A stretch of 64,000 bases of DNA from contig JAVSMU010000001.1 in the NCBI GenBank assembly GCA_032027045.1, positions 2,309,112-2,373,111 of the forward strand, written 5' to 3'. Of this stretch, positions 53,880 to 63,773 are shown one piece after another. A program made the translations under genes and the position numbers. The notes below the pieces were generated by a model. That model ran no database searches, was not told where the DNA came from, and saw nothing but the letters and a program-made list of their open reading frames with translations. This stretch comes from Truepera sp. Its GTDB lineage: Bacteria > Deinococcota > Deinococci > Deinococcales > Trueperaceae. The stretch's first letter is position 1. The number at the start of each line of letters is the position of its first letter.

Positions 53880-55184
53880 TCATTCCCACTCGGGTTCCTC
53901 CGCCGCCACGCGCTTGACGTCCACCCAGCCGACGCGCAGCCCCTCCATCGCCTCGATCACCAGTTGGTAGCCCTGCCACGACGTCTCGTCGCCGGCCTGA
54001 GGCACGCGTCCCAACCTGTCCGCCATCAACCCACCCAGCGTCTGGTAGCCCGCGCCCTCGGGCACCACGTCCTCCTCCAACCCCAGCAGGTCCACGAAGT
54101 CGTCGACATGCATGGAACCCTGCACGCGCCAGGCGCCCTCGCCCAGGGGCACCACCTCGGGGGGGTCGTCCTCGCCGGGCGGCATGATGTCGCCGACCAG
54201 TTCTTCGAGGATGTCGGAGAGGGTCACCAGACCCTCGACGCCACCGTATTCGTCGAGCACCACCGCGATGTGCGTCCGCGAATCGCGGAACTTGTTGAGC
54301 AGGCTGAGGATCGGCAGGGTCTCGGGCACCAGCAGTGGCTTGTGCAAAGCGGCACGAAGGTCGAAGCTGCCGATGTCGAGCTTGGCGGCGAGCAGGTCGC
54401 GGATGACCACGAAGCCGACCACGCGGTCGAGCTCCCCCTCGCACACGAGGTAACGCCCGTGGGGCTCCGTCCTGATCTGCTCCAGGACTTCCTCCGGCGT
54501 GGCGCTAACGTCGAACCAAGACACGTCGTGCCTGGGCGTCATGATGGCGTTCACCTTTCGCTCCCCCAGCCAGAAAGCGTTCTCGATGATCTCCTGCTCG
54601 GCCGGCTCTATGACGCCCGCGCGCAACCCCTGGGCGATCACCATGTCGATGTCCGCCTCGCTGATGTCGTCCGCCTCGCCCTGCTTCACGCCCATAAGGG
54701 CGAGCAGCGCGTTGGTGGACGCCCCGAGGAAACTCACGAGGGGCTTGCCTATCACCGAGAGCGCGAGCATGAGGCCGCCTATGGCCATCGCGACCCGCTC
54801 CGGGTCGTTGAGGCCTATCCGCTTCGGGACGAGCTCACCTACCACCAGCGAGACGTAGGTGATGAGCACGACCACGAAGCCGAAGGCGAGAGGGTCGGCG
54901 ATACCCTCGAGGAAAGGCACCCGCTCGAGAACCCTCGCGAGGGGCCCGGACAGCGTGGCGCCACCGAACGCGCCCGAGAAGACGCCCACGAGCGTGATGC
55001 CGATCTGGGTGGTGGAAAGGAACGTGTTCGGGTGCTCGGCAAGGGTCAGCGCCCGCTTGGCCGCGGGCACGCCGGCTTCCGCCTTCTGCCGCAACCTCAG
55101 CTTGTTGGCCGACACGACGGCGATTTCGGCCATGGCGAAGACGCCGTTGAGGACGATGAGCAGCAGGATGATGAGCGCACTCAT
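53880..55184 (-). CDS. CNNM/TlyC hemolysin-family protein (DUF21 TM domain + CBS pair + CorC_HlyC)
   Basis: N-terminal 4-TM region with AEIAVVSANKLRL, a CBS pair region, and a C-terminal ...GYQLVIEAMEGLRVGWVDVKR. Confidence 0.88.
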   Translation of the reverse strand: MSALIILLLIVLNGVFAMAEIAVVSANKLRLRQKAEAGVPAAKRALTLAEHPNTFLSTTQIGITLVGVFSGAFGGATLSGPLARVLERVPFLEGIADPLAFGFVVVLITYVSLVVGELVPKRIGLNDPERVAMAIGGLMLALSVIGKPLVSFLGASTNALLALMGVKQGEADDISEADIDMVIAQGLRAGVIEPAEQEIIENAFWLGERKVNAIMTPRHDVSWFDVSATPEEVLEQIRTEPHGRYLVCEGELDRVVGFVVIRDLLAAKLDIGSFDLRAALHKPLLVPETLPILSLLNKFRDSRTHIAVVLDEYGGVEGLVTLSDILEELVGDIMPPGEDDPPEVVPLGEGAWRVQGSMHVDDFVDLLGLEEDVVPEGAGYQTLGGLMADRLGRVPQAGDETSWQGYQLVIEAMEGLRVGWVDVKRVAAEEPEWE

Positions 55185-55265
55185 GCTTGCGCAACTATAA
55201 GCACAGGCGACCCGGCGTCACGGGCGAGGCCTCTCATCGCCGGCCGTCGGCCCCGCGCCCCGAGC

Positions 55266-56858
55266 TCACGTTTCATGCCTCGCCACCTCGAACCCGTTGG
55301 GCCCGAAGCGCACACGGACGTCGAGACCGGTAGTCTCGTAATGGACGCCTACCTCGTCGACCTCCTCTATCACGCCGTCGATGGCCATGAGCGGGGTGCG
55401 CACCTCCTCGAGGTAGCGACGACGCACTTCCAGAGGCTGGTCGCGCAAGTGTTCGCGCCACAGGGTCGTCTGCCTGATGGCTACGCGCAACCAGCCGCGG
55501 CCGCTCCAGCGCCAGAAGGTGATGCCGGCCTGCAGCGCCGTTCCGGCCGCCAGCGCCCACCACACGCCGGCCGGGCCCATCCCCAAACGCAACGCGAGCA
55601 AGTAGGCCAGCGGCACCGACACCAACCAGCGTCCGATGAGCGTGGCGTACAGGCCCGGCAGGGTGTCCCCTGCCCCGCGCAGAGCCCCGTTGGCGACCAT
55701 GGCTATCGCCAGCAGCGGCTGAGACAGGCCCACGATGCGCAAGTAGGCGACGCCCGCGCTCATCACCACGCCCTCGGCCGTGGGCTCGAAGAAGCGCACC
55801 AGAGCGGGCGCGAACCAGATGACCGGCACCGCTAATAGAGTCAGCAACACGACGCCGAACCCCATGGCCACGTTGCCGCGGAGACGGGCGTCCTTCGTTT
55901 GCCAGGCCCCGAGGGAGCTCCCGACCATGGCGGTCGAGGCCAGGCCGATCGCCAGGCCGGGCGTCTGGATGAGCCGGGTCACCTGCGTGCCGATGGCCAG
56001 CGCGGCCGCCCCCAGGGCCCCTGCGGAAGTGGAGGTGAGGATGCGCAGCACGAACAGTTGCGTGAGGTTGCGGGCCACGCCCTGTGCTCCCGAGGGCACG
56101 CCGATGGCCAGGATCTGCCGCATCAGGCGCCAATCGGGACGGTACGAGCCCGCTCGCAGTTTGATCACGTTGCGCCCGGAGTAGAGCAGCCATACGCCCA
56201 CGACGCTCGCCGCCAGGCGCGAGAGGATGGTCGACAGGGCGGCGCCCGCGACGCCCAGGCTGGGTATCGGACCGAAGCCGAAGATCAACAGAATGGCGAG
56301 GAGGACGTTGAGGACGTTGACGCCCGCGGTCAGGTAAAGCGGGGTGATGACGTCGCCTGCGCCCTGCATCACCTTGTTCACCACGAAGTTGACGGCGAGG
56401 AAGGTGCCGCCGATGAAGAGGATGCGCAAGTAACCTACGCTCAGGTCGATGACGTGGCCGCCCTCGCCGCTGTTCAAGAAGACCAGCAGCGGCCGGGAGA
56501 TCCACCAGCCGATCACGGCGAGGGCGACGCCGAACATCAGGGCGAAGAGGAGCGATTGGCGGACCACGCGGCTGACGCGCTCGGGGTCGCGGGCGCCGCG
56601 CGCCTGGGCCACGAGGACCATGGAGCCCGTGGTGATGCTCATGAGACCAACCAGCATGAGCATCCTCAAGACCTGGCTCATGCCCACGGCGGCTACCTCG
56701 ATGGGGCCCAGGCGGCCCACCAGGAAGACGTCCGCCACGTTCACCAACGTCTGCAGCAGGTTGGTGAAGATGATCGGGACCGACATGGTCCAGACCTCAC
56801 CGAGGACGGGCAGGAGGCGACGGGCGCGGCTCTGGGTTGGGGGCTCGTCGCTACTCAC
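55266..56858 (-). CDS. MATE family efflux transporter with ~80-aa C-terminal soluble extension
   Basis: 12-TM MATE-like body (PIIFTNLLQTLVNVADVFLVGRLG...), followed by ...RQTTLWREHLRDQPLEVRRRYLEEVRTPLMAIDGVIEEVDEVGVHYETTGLDVRVRFGPNGFEVARHET. Confidence 0.85.
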   Translation of the reverse strand: MSSDEPPTQSRARRLLPVLGEVWTMSVPIIFTNLLQTLVNVADVFLVGRLGPIEVAAVGMSQVLRMLMLVGLMSITTGSMVLVAQARGARDPERVSRVVRQSLLFALMFGVALAVIGWWISRPLLVFLNSGEGGHVIDLSVGYLRILFIGGTFLAVNFVVNKVMQGAGDVITPLYLTAGVNVLNVLLAILLIFGFGPIPSLGVAGAALSTILSRLAASVVGVWLLYSGRNVIKLRAGSYRPDWRLMRQILAIGVPSGAQGVARNLTQLFVLRILTSTSAGALGAAALAIGTQVTRLIQTPGLAIGLASTAMVGSSLGAWQTKDARLRGNVAMGFGVVLLTLLAVPVIWFAPALVRFFEPTAEGVVMSAGVAYLRIVGLSQPLLAIAMVANGALRGAGDTLPGLYATLIGRWLVSVPLAYLLALRLGMGPAGVWWALAAGTALQAGITFWRWSGRGWLRVAIRQTTLWREHLRDQPLEVRRRYLEEVRTPLMAIDGVIEEVDEVGVHYETTGLDVRVRFGPNGFEVARHET

Positions 56859-56920
56859 GAGTGCTCAGCCTAGCGCCCCCAGCGTGGCAACGCCGGGCGC
56901 TCTCGGGCATGGCCCGGCGC

Positions 56921-59900
56921 TCAGGCCGTTTCGGACGGCCGCGTGGACCCGCGGGCCGCGACCAAGCGGTCCGCCAGTTGTCGCGCCAGCTCCAATACCG
57001 CGTCCGGCGCAAGCGGAACGGCCCTTCGCCGCGCATGGTCGTCTGCCGGCCACGCCACACCCTGAACAGCGCTCGGGCCCATGAGCTGCGTAGCGCGCCG
57101 ACGTGTGCGGTACTCGGCCGCGGGGTGGGTCGCCGCAAGCGCCAGTAGCGCCTCCCCGGCGACTGCCGGCGCAACGGCGTAGGCGATCACGAACGCGTCG
57201 AAGGCAAGGGGCACGAAGGCGAACTCCGTGATGACCCGCAACGCCGCGAGCAGCTCATCGCCGGCGGCCCGCGGTAGCGCCGCCACCCCGGCGCTCAACA
57301 GGTGCGAGAGCGCATAGTCGTACTCGACGTAGCGCGGCGCCTCGGGTTTCACCGCGTGGCGGGCGAGGAGCGTCTGCCGGAAGCGCTCCGCCTCCCTCGC
57401 ATCGCCGTCATATAACGCGATCCACGCCAACAGCTCGCAGCCGTCGCGCTCGTCGAGTGAGTCAGCGGCCTCGGCCCGCGCAAGCTCGACGTCCCCGCGC
57501 GCGTAGTGCAGCTGTGCCAGAAGGAACTGCTTCGTTCGGCGACCACCGCGGACGGAGGATTCGTCGGACGATTCCCGCCCTTCGAACAGTAGCGACACCG
57601 CGGCCAGGTGCCGCTCGGCACCGGCGAGGTCGCCGAGCTGCACGAGGTTGAAACCCGCGTACGTGTGCAGCTTCGCCAGGTGGTACTTGCGGCCGACCTC
57701 GTCGCGCTCGAGGGCTATGGCCTCGGCGGTCAGCTCGTATGCGCGAGCGTAATCCCCGTAGGTCGTGCTGACGAAGACGGCGTAGTTGCGCAGCACCGCC
57801 GCCAGGTGGGCGGCGTTGCCGCTCCGCCTGCACGCCGCGATGGCCTCGACCTGTAGGCGTTCGTGCTCCGCGCGGTCGGCGGCCAACAGACCCAGGTTCG
57901 AGAGGCAGCCGCCCAACTGTTGCGCGCTACCGTGCCGTTCCAGGAGCGGCAGGGCCTCGAGCCAGAAGCCGCGGGCGCTCTCCAGGTCCAGCTGGTTGAA
58001 GTGGACGGTCCCCAGGTCCATCAGTATCCGCGCCGCGTCGCCCTCGTCTTCGTGCTTGCGCGCGAGCACCAGAGCGCGCTCGTAAAGTGGCAACGCCTCC
58101 GCGGCGCCGGTGCCGGCCAGAACGCGTGCTTGCGCGAACAGGATGCGGCCCCCCAGGAGCGACTCGGGGTCGACGGTCGGCCACGCGGCGTCCATCAGGC
58201 TTGCCAGGGCGCCTGAGCGCTCGCGCATCACCATGTAGTCCTTGAGCATCGGAACCATCCGCTCGAGCACGTCGTGCCGCCGCGTCTCGACCGCCCACAC
58301 CCAGGCCGCGCGCAGGTTCGCGAAGTCACGATCCAACTCCTCGAACGCCGCCCGCTGCCCGACCTGCATGTAGAACGGGCGCTTCGACTCCAGAAGCCGG
58401 CAGAAGAACTCGGCGTGCCGGGCCCGGACCTGTTCGGCCGCGGGCAGACTTATCAACTTCTCGCCCGCGTACTGCTTGACGAGCGGGTGCAGGTCGTAAC
58501 GAGGTCCTTCGCGGCGCAACAGCGAGCGGTCGAGCAATGCGCTGAGTAGCCGCATGTCCATGCCCAGGACGAAGCTAGCGGCCTTGCGCGTGAAGCCACC
58601 CTGGAACACCGAACTGCCGGCCAGCCCCAGGCGCGCCACCTCGTCCAACAAGCCCCACGAACGCTCGAAGACCGCCCGCATGCTCTCGTGCTGTTCGGGT
58701 ACGTCCGGCTGCGTGGCGATCAGCGTGTCGAGATCGGCTTCGAGTTCGCGCTCCAGCTCCGCTAGCGGGATCACTCGCGCCAGCGCGGCCGCCAGCTCGA
58801 TCCCGAGCGGAACACCGTCCAACAAACGGCAAACGCCCAGCACCGCTGCGACGTTGGACTCGTCGAGTCCGAAGCGCGGGTCGAAGCGCCTGGAGGACAG
58901 TAGGTAGAGGCTCACGGCGTCATCGCGCGTGCCGCCGGCCAACGCCTCGTCGACGCTCGCAGGCAGCGGCAGACCGCCTAGCGGGTAGAGCGACTCGGCC
59001 GCAACGCCCAAGGGTTCACGCGACGTGATCACCAGCTGCGTCTTCGGGCAGGCCTCCAGTAACGCCACCAGTTGCGGCGCGCCGGCCGTGACATGCTCGA
59101 AGTTATCCAGTACCAGTAGCGACCGGCCCGCCGCCAGCCGCTCGCGCAGGGCTGAGAGGGGCCCTCCCCCGCCGAGGGGCAGGCCCAAGGCCATAGCGAT
59201 GCGGCCCAGCACCTCGCCCGGGTCGGCGACCGCCTCGAGCGGCACGTAATAGACGCTGTCGAACACGGCTCTCTCCAGCAGCCGCGCGGCAAGCGCCACG
59301 CTCAACCGCGTCTTGCCGATTCCGCCAAGGCCGCTGATCGTCAAGAGGCGCTCGCCGTCCTCCAGCCGCGTCTGCAGATCACGCAACTCCCTCTCGCGCC
59401 CAACCAACGGCCGCGCCGTTCGCGGCAGGTTGTGCAGGGCGGGGCGTGGCTCGACACGGCCCCCCACGACCGCCCGTTCGGAGATCGAGACGCCGATCGC
59501 CGATGCCTCGCGCCGCAACGCCGCAGCGCGCGGATTGTCGCTACCCACCAACAGCGCGTGCAAACGCGACAGCAGGTCGGCATCGCTATCGACGACGTCG
59601 GGCTGCAGCAGCATGGCGCGCTCGGCCAGTCCAGCGGCGGCACGGGAGTCCCCGGCCGCCAGCCTCCCCTCGGCCACCTCGATCAGAGCTCGCTGCGCCT
59701 CGGCGGCCAACATCTCGCGTGTGAAGAACAGCCACTCCTCTAGTTCCACGTTGCCATCGTCGATGTCGACGCCTGCCAGGAACGGACCGGCGTAGAGGTC
59801 CGCCGCCGCACGCCAATCCCTGGCTGCAGCGGCCTCCCGGAGTAGCACGGCGTCGCACTCGACATTGGCCCATAGCCGCGCCTCGTCGACGCCCACGGCC

Positions 59901-60100
59901 TCCGGCGCCTCTTGCCGCAACTGCGATAGCGCCACGGATAGGCTCTGCCGCGGGTTCGCCGCGCCCGGCCACAGCAGCTCGGCCAGGTAACGACGGTCCT
60001 TCGGCCCTTCCACCGCGAGGAAAGTCAACAGCAACAACGGTTTATGACGACGAAAGCTGACTCCCGGCAGGGCCAAACCCCCCAGAGTTCGGAGCCTCAT
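56921..60100 (-). CDS. SARP/AfsR-like regulator: winged-helix + BTAD + NB-ARC (signal-transduction ATPase with numerous domains, STAND) + TPR array
   Basis: MRLRTLGGLAL...LLWPG..NPRQSLSVALSQLR (wHTH/BTAD). Walker A SGLGGIGKTRL and Walker B LLVLDNFEH. The long C-terminal part is helical-repeat. ATG 60100 lies 6 nt after a TATACT box. Confidence 0.8.
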   Translation of the reverse strand: MRLRTLGGLALPGVSFRRHKPLLLLTFLAVEGPKDRRYLAELLWPGAANPRQSLSVALSQLRQEAPEAVGVDEARLWANVECDAVLLREAAAARDWRAAADLYAGPFLAGVDIDDGNVELEEWLFFTREMLAAEAQRALIEVAEGRLAAGDSRAAAGLAERAMLLQPDVVDSDADLLSRLHALLVGSDNPRAAALRREASAIGVSISERAVVGGRVEPRPALHNLPRTARPLVGRERELRDLQTRLEDGERLLTISGLGGIGKTRLSVALAARLLERAVFDSVYYVPLEAVADPGEVLGRIAMALGLPLGGGGPLSALRERLAAGRSLLVLDNFEHVTAGAPQLVALLEACPKTQLVITSREPLGVAAESLYPLGGLPLPASVDEALAGGTRDDAVSLYLLSSRRFDPRFGLDESNVAAVLGVCRLLDGVPLGIELAAALARVIPLAELERELEADLDTLIATQPDVPEQHESMRAVFERSWGLLDEVARLGLAGSSVFQGGFTRKAASFVLGMDMRLLSALLDRSLLRREGPRYDLHPLVKQYAGEKLISLPAAEQVRARHAEFFCRLLESKRPFYMQVGQRAAFEELDRDFANLRAAWVWAVETRRHDVLERMVPMLKDYMVMRERSGALASLMDAAWPTVDPESLLGGRILFAQARVLAGTGAAEALPLYERALVLARKHEDEGDAARILMDLGTVHFNQLDLESARGFWLEALPLLERHGSAQQLGGCLSNLGLLAADRAEHERLQVEAIAACRRSGNAAHLAAVLRNYAVFVSTTYGDYARAYELTAEAIALERDEVGRKYHLAKLHTYAGFNLVQLGDLAGAERHLAAVSLLFEGRESSDESSVRGGRRTKQFLLAQLHYARGDVELARAEAADSLDERDGCELLAWIALYDGDAREAERFRQTLLARHAVKPEAPRYVEYDYALSHLLSAGVAALPRAAGDELLAALRVITEFAFVPLAFDAFVIAYAVAPAVAGEALLALAATHPAAEYRTRRRATQLMGPSAVQGVAWPADDHARRRAVPLAPDAVLELARQLADRLVAARGSTRPSETA

Positions 60101-60160
60101 GACCAAGTATAGGAAGTATGCGGCGTACGGGCCAGGCGTAGAGGCCACACAGCGCCCGCC

Positions 60161-60176
60161 CAGCGCACGTGCGCTG
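60161..60176. promoter_or_regulatory. perfect 16-bp palindrome CAGCGCACGTGCGCTG
   Basis: It sits in the divergent regulator/proX intergenic region, ~60 nt upstream of the regulator start. An 11-bp hairpin follows immediately (60176-60209). Confidence 0.4.
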
Positions 60177-60532
60177 CCTGACCCTTGACGTCTTCAGGCA
60201 AGGTCAGGCGCCATGCGGATCCAGGCACCGACACCGCCCCCGGACGCCATGTGCTATACAAGTAACCGACCGCGCCGTCCCGCCAACCGCTTCACCCCCC
60301 GGTGGGGCAGCGCCCTTCGCCACGCACCGGCATAGGCCACTTGTTCCACTCTGGCTGCCGTGCGTACCGATCGCTTCGCGGCGACCGCAGGCCCGAATCC
60401 GATGACCACGCCAGCGCGGCCCGCCGAAGCCCCCATCAGGGCGAAGCGAGCGAGGCGAGCGCGCTCGGGATCGGCACCTCAAGACGCACGTTCATGCGTG
60501 TACCGTCCTTGTCTCGACCGAAAGGAACTCCC

Positions 60533-61609
60533 ATGCTCCACGGCGCAAAGCCGTTCGTTCGCCCGCTCGTCGCGGGTTTGCTGGGCCTCGCCCTGCTACT
60601 CGGTGGCTTCGCCACCGCGCAAGAACCCGATTGCGGTGGCTACGACAAGCCCATAGTGTTCGCCGAGCTCGATTGGGACAGCGTGCAGGTCCTGAACCAC
60701 ATCGCACGCTTCGTCCTGGAAGAAGGCTTCGGCTGCGCCACCGACTCCATCCCCGGCTCGACCATCCCCATGTACCGCGGCGCCGCGCGCGGCGACATCG
60801 ACGTCGTGATGGAAGTCTGGCTGGACAACGTGCCCGATTTCTGGGGTCCTGCCGTCGCCGCCGGTGACGTCGTTCAACTCGACGCGGTCTTCGACGACGC
60901 CATCCAGGCCTTCTACGTGCCGCGCTACATGGTCGAGGGAGACGCCGATCGCGGGATCGAGGCCACGGCTCCCGACCTCAAGAGCGTCTACGACCTGCCC
61001 CAGTACGCCAGCCTCTTCCGCGATCCCGAGCAGCCGGACAAGGGCCGCTTCTACAACTGCATCATCGGTTGGCGTTGCGAGGAGATCAACAACGTCAAGC
61101 TCGAGGTGTACGGCCTGACCGACTACTTCACGAACTTCCTGCCGGGCACGGCGGTTGCGCTCGCCACCTCGATGGAAGGCGCCTACCTGCGTGGCGAACC
61201 CTGGGTCGGCTACTACTGGAGCCCGACCTGGGTCTTGGGCAAGCTCGACATGATCCGCCTCGAGGAACCCCCCTACAGCGACGCCTGCTGGGACGTGCTC
61301 GAGGCCAACGTCGACACCCCGGAGAAGGCCACCGAGGCGTGCGCCTACCCAGCCTCCACCGCGGTCATCGCCCTGGGCAAGAACTATAAGGACCAGGCCT
61401 CGGACGAGATCGTGGCGTTCCTCAACGCCATCGACACCCCCTCCGCGCTCATCAACAAGATCCTCGCTCACATGCAGGAGACGGACGCCTCCCCCGCGGA
61501 AGCTGCCATGCACTTCCTCGAGACCGAGAAGGACGTCTGGACCGGTTGGCTCGCCAACGCCGGCCTCGACCCCGTCGTCACGGAGCGCGTACTGGCCGCT
61601 CTGAAGTAA
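60533..61609 (+). CDS. glycine betaine/proline betaine ABC transporter substrate-binding protein
   Basis: Signal peptide MLHGAKPFVRPLVAGLLGLALLLGGFATAQ. ProX-like aromatic-box context (WDSVQV..., YYWSPTW). It is the first gene of the permease/ATPase operon. Confidence 0.8.
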   Translation: MLHGAKPFVRPLVAGLLGLALLLGGFATAQEPDCGGYDKPIVFAELDWDSVQVLNHIARFVLEEGFGCATDSIPGSTIPMYRGAARGDIDVVMEVWLDNVPDFWGPAVAAGDVVQLDAVFDDAIQAFYVPRYMVEGDADRGIEATAPDLKSVYDLPQYASLFRDPEQPDKGRFYNCIIGWRCEEINNVKLEVYGLTDYFTNFLPGTAVALATSMEGAYLRGEPWVGYYWSPTWVLGKLDMIRLEEPPYSDACWDVLEANVDTPEKATEACAYPASTAVIALGKNYKDQASDEIVAFLNAIDTPSALINKILAHMQETDASPAEAAMHFLETEKDVWTGWLANAGLDPVVTERVLAALK

Positions 61610-61619
61610 GGACGCGACC

Positions 61620-62501
61620 ATGGGTAATCTGCTCTTCGGCAGCTTTCCGGAGGGGTGGCGCATCCCCCTCCGGAAGTGGACGAACACCTTCGTCGACTGG
61701 CTGGTCGCCAACTACGGCGACTTCTTCCGCAGCATCACCGACAGCCTGCTCTACGTCCTGGTGCAAGTGGAGCGCTTCCTGAACTGGTTGCCCTGGTGGT
61801 CGGTAGTGCTGCTCGTCGGCCTGCTCGTGTGGCACGCCAGCGGCAAGCGCGTGGCGCCTGCCATCGTGCTCGCCGGGTTACTAGCACTCGTAGGCACGTT
61901 CGACCTCTGGCCACAGATGGTCACCACGCTAGCGATCATGATCGTGGCGACCACCGCGACAGTGGCGATCGGAATCCCGATTGGCATCGCCATGGCCCGA
62001 AGTGATCGCCTCAAGCGCGTGCTCCAGCCCCTACTCGACGGCATGCAAACGATGCCCAGCTTCGTCTACCTCGTGCCGGTCGTGATGTTCTTCGGCCTGG
62101 GGAACGTGGCCGCCATCTTCGCCACGTTCGTCTACGCCGTGCCGCCCGTCATCAGGCTCACCGACCTCGGACTGCGCCTCGTCGACGAGGAGGTCGTCGA
62201 GGCGGCCGACTCGTTCGGAGCGTCCGAACGGCAGTTGCTCTGGTGGGTGCGCATCCCGCTGGCGGTACCCACCATCATGGCCGGCATCAACCAGACCATC
62301 ATGATGGCCCTGGCGATGGTCGTGGTGGCGTCGATGATCGGCGCGCGCGGGCTGGGCCAAGAGGTCCTTCGGAGCCTGCAACGCGGCGACGTGGGCCTGG
62401 GTCTGGAGGCGGGCCTCGCCATCGTGATCCTGGCCATCGTCATGGACCGCGTGACCGCCGGCTACGGCCGCCGCATGGACAACACGGAACAGGCGGGCTG
62501 A
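61620..62501 (+). CDS. glycine betaine/proline ABC transporter permease (ProW-like)
   Basis: BPD-type permease with an EAA-like loop (EAADSFGASERQLLWWVRIPLAVPTIMAGINQ). Confidence 0.88.
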   Translation: MGNLLFGSFPEGWRIPLRKWTNTFVDWLVANYGDFFRSITDSLLYVLVQVERFLNWLPWWSVVLLVGLLVWHASGKRVAPAIVLAGLLALVGTFDLWPQMVTTLAIMIVATTATVAIGIPIGIAMARSDRLKRVLQPLLDGMQTMPSFVYLVPVVMFFGLGNVAAIFATFVYAVPPVIRLTDLGLRLVDEEVVEAADSFGASERQLLWWVRIPLAVPTIMAGINQTIMMALAMVVVASMIGARGLGQEVLRSLQRGDVGLGLEAGLAIVILAIVMDRVTAGYGRRMDNTEQAG

Positions 62502-62502
62502 G

Positions 62503-63750
62503 ATGGCGTTCCTCGAGATCCGCAACCTGAGCAAGGTCTTCGGGCCAGAACCGGAGACGATCCTCCCACTACTGCAGAACGACGTCACCAAGGAAGAGAT
62601 CTTAGAGCGCACCGGCCATACGGTCGGGCTGCACGACATCTCCCTCGACATCGAGCGGGGCGAGACCTTCGTGGTCATGGGCCTCTCGGGGAGTGGCAAG
62701 TCCACCCTCGTGCGCTGCCTCAACCGGCTAATCGAGCCCACTTCCGGCAGCATCACCCTGGGCGACGTCGAAATCCTGTCGCTCGATAAGAAGGCATTGC
62801 GCGACGTCAGACGCCGCCGTTTCGGCATGGTCTTCCAACGCTTCGGCCTGCTGCCTCACCGCACCGTCTTGGAGAACGTCGCCTTCGGGCTACGGGTGAG
62901 GAACGTCGGCAAGGAGGAAAGGTGGGCGAAGGCGCGCCACTGGATCGACGCGGTGGGCCTGTCGGGTTACGAGAACGCCCGGCCGCGCGCCCTGTCGGGC
63001 GGCATGCAGCAACGCGTGGGGCTGGCCCGGGCGCTATGCACCGACCCCGACGTGCTGCTGATGGACGAGGCGTTCAGCGCCTTGGACCCGCTCATCCGCC
63101 GCGAGATGCAAGACGAGCTGATCCGGCTGCAACACGAGCTGAAGAAGACCATCGTCTTCATCACGCACGACCTCGACGAGGCCCTGCGCCTGGGTGACCG
63201 CGTGGCCATCCTCAACCACGGTCGCCTCATCCAGGTGGGTACCCCGGCAGGCATCGTCCTCCACCCCGCCGACGACTACGTGCGCGCGTTCGTCGAGCAC
63301 GTGAACCGCGCACGGGTGCTGCGGGTCAGGCACGTCATGGAGGAGGCGCTCATCGTGTCGCTCGCCCAACGCGGCTCCGACGTCACCGACCTGCTCCTGG
63401 CCAGCAACGGCCTGGCCGCCTTCGTGCGCGACGCCCAGGGACGCTACCAAGGGACCGTCTCGTATCACGACGCGGCCGAGAACCCCGACCGCACCGTGGC
63501 GGAACTCCTGCGCGAGGAGGCCCTCACCCTGCCGGGCGACACGCTACTGGAGGACGCCATGGAGCCACTCGGCGACAGCCAGCTCCCCGCGGCGGCCGTC
63601 GGCAAGGACGGTCAGCTGTTGGGGATGATCAGGCCCCGCACGGCGCTCCTCGCCATGGGCTCGAGCCGCGTCACGGAGGGCTTCGTCACCAGTCCCGCGT
63701 CCAAGTCCGGTGTAGCGCCCGCCGACAAGCAGGCGCTGGGAAGTGGCTAG
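62503..63750 (+). CDS. glycine betaine/proline ABC transporter ATP-binding protein (ProV-like, C-terminal CBS region)
   Basis: Walker A GLSGSGKST, signature LSGGMQQRVGLARAL and Walker B LLMDEAFSALD, followed by a ~150-aa CBS-like tail. Confidence 0.9.
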   Translation: MAFLEIRNLSKVFGPEPETILPLLQNDVTKEEILERTGHTVGLHDISLDIERGETFVVMGLSGSGKSTLVRCLNRLIEPTSGSITLGDVEILSLDKKALRDVRRRRFGMVFQRFGLLPHRTVLENVAFGLRVRNVGKEERWAKARHWIDAVGLSGYENARPRALSGGMQQRVGLARALCTDPDVLLMDEAFSALDPLIRREMQDELIRLQHELKKTIVFITHDLDEALRLGDRVAILNHGRLIQVGTPAGIVLHPADDYVRAFVEHVNRARVLRVRHVMEEALIVSLAQRGSDVTDLLLASNGLAAFVRDAQGRYQGTVSYHDAAENPDRTVAELLREEALTLPGDTLLEDAMEPLGDSQLPAAAVGKDGQLLGMIRPRTALLAMGSSRVTEGFVTSPASKSGVAPADKQALGSG

Positions 63751-63773
63751 CGCAGGCGCCGCGCCCTAGCGGC

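Noticed and set aside
56921-60100. STAND NTPase as an Avs-like antiphage sensor.
   Set aside because: The N-terminal module is a wHTH/BTAD DNA-binding domain rather than a nuclease, protease or other toxic effector. There are no neighbouring defence genes or mobile-element hallmarks.
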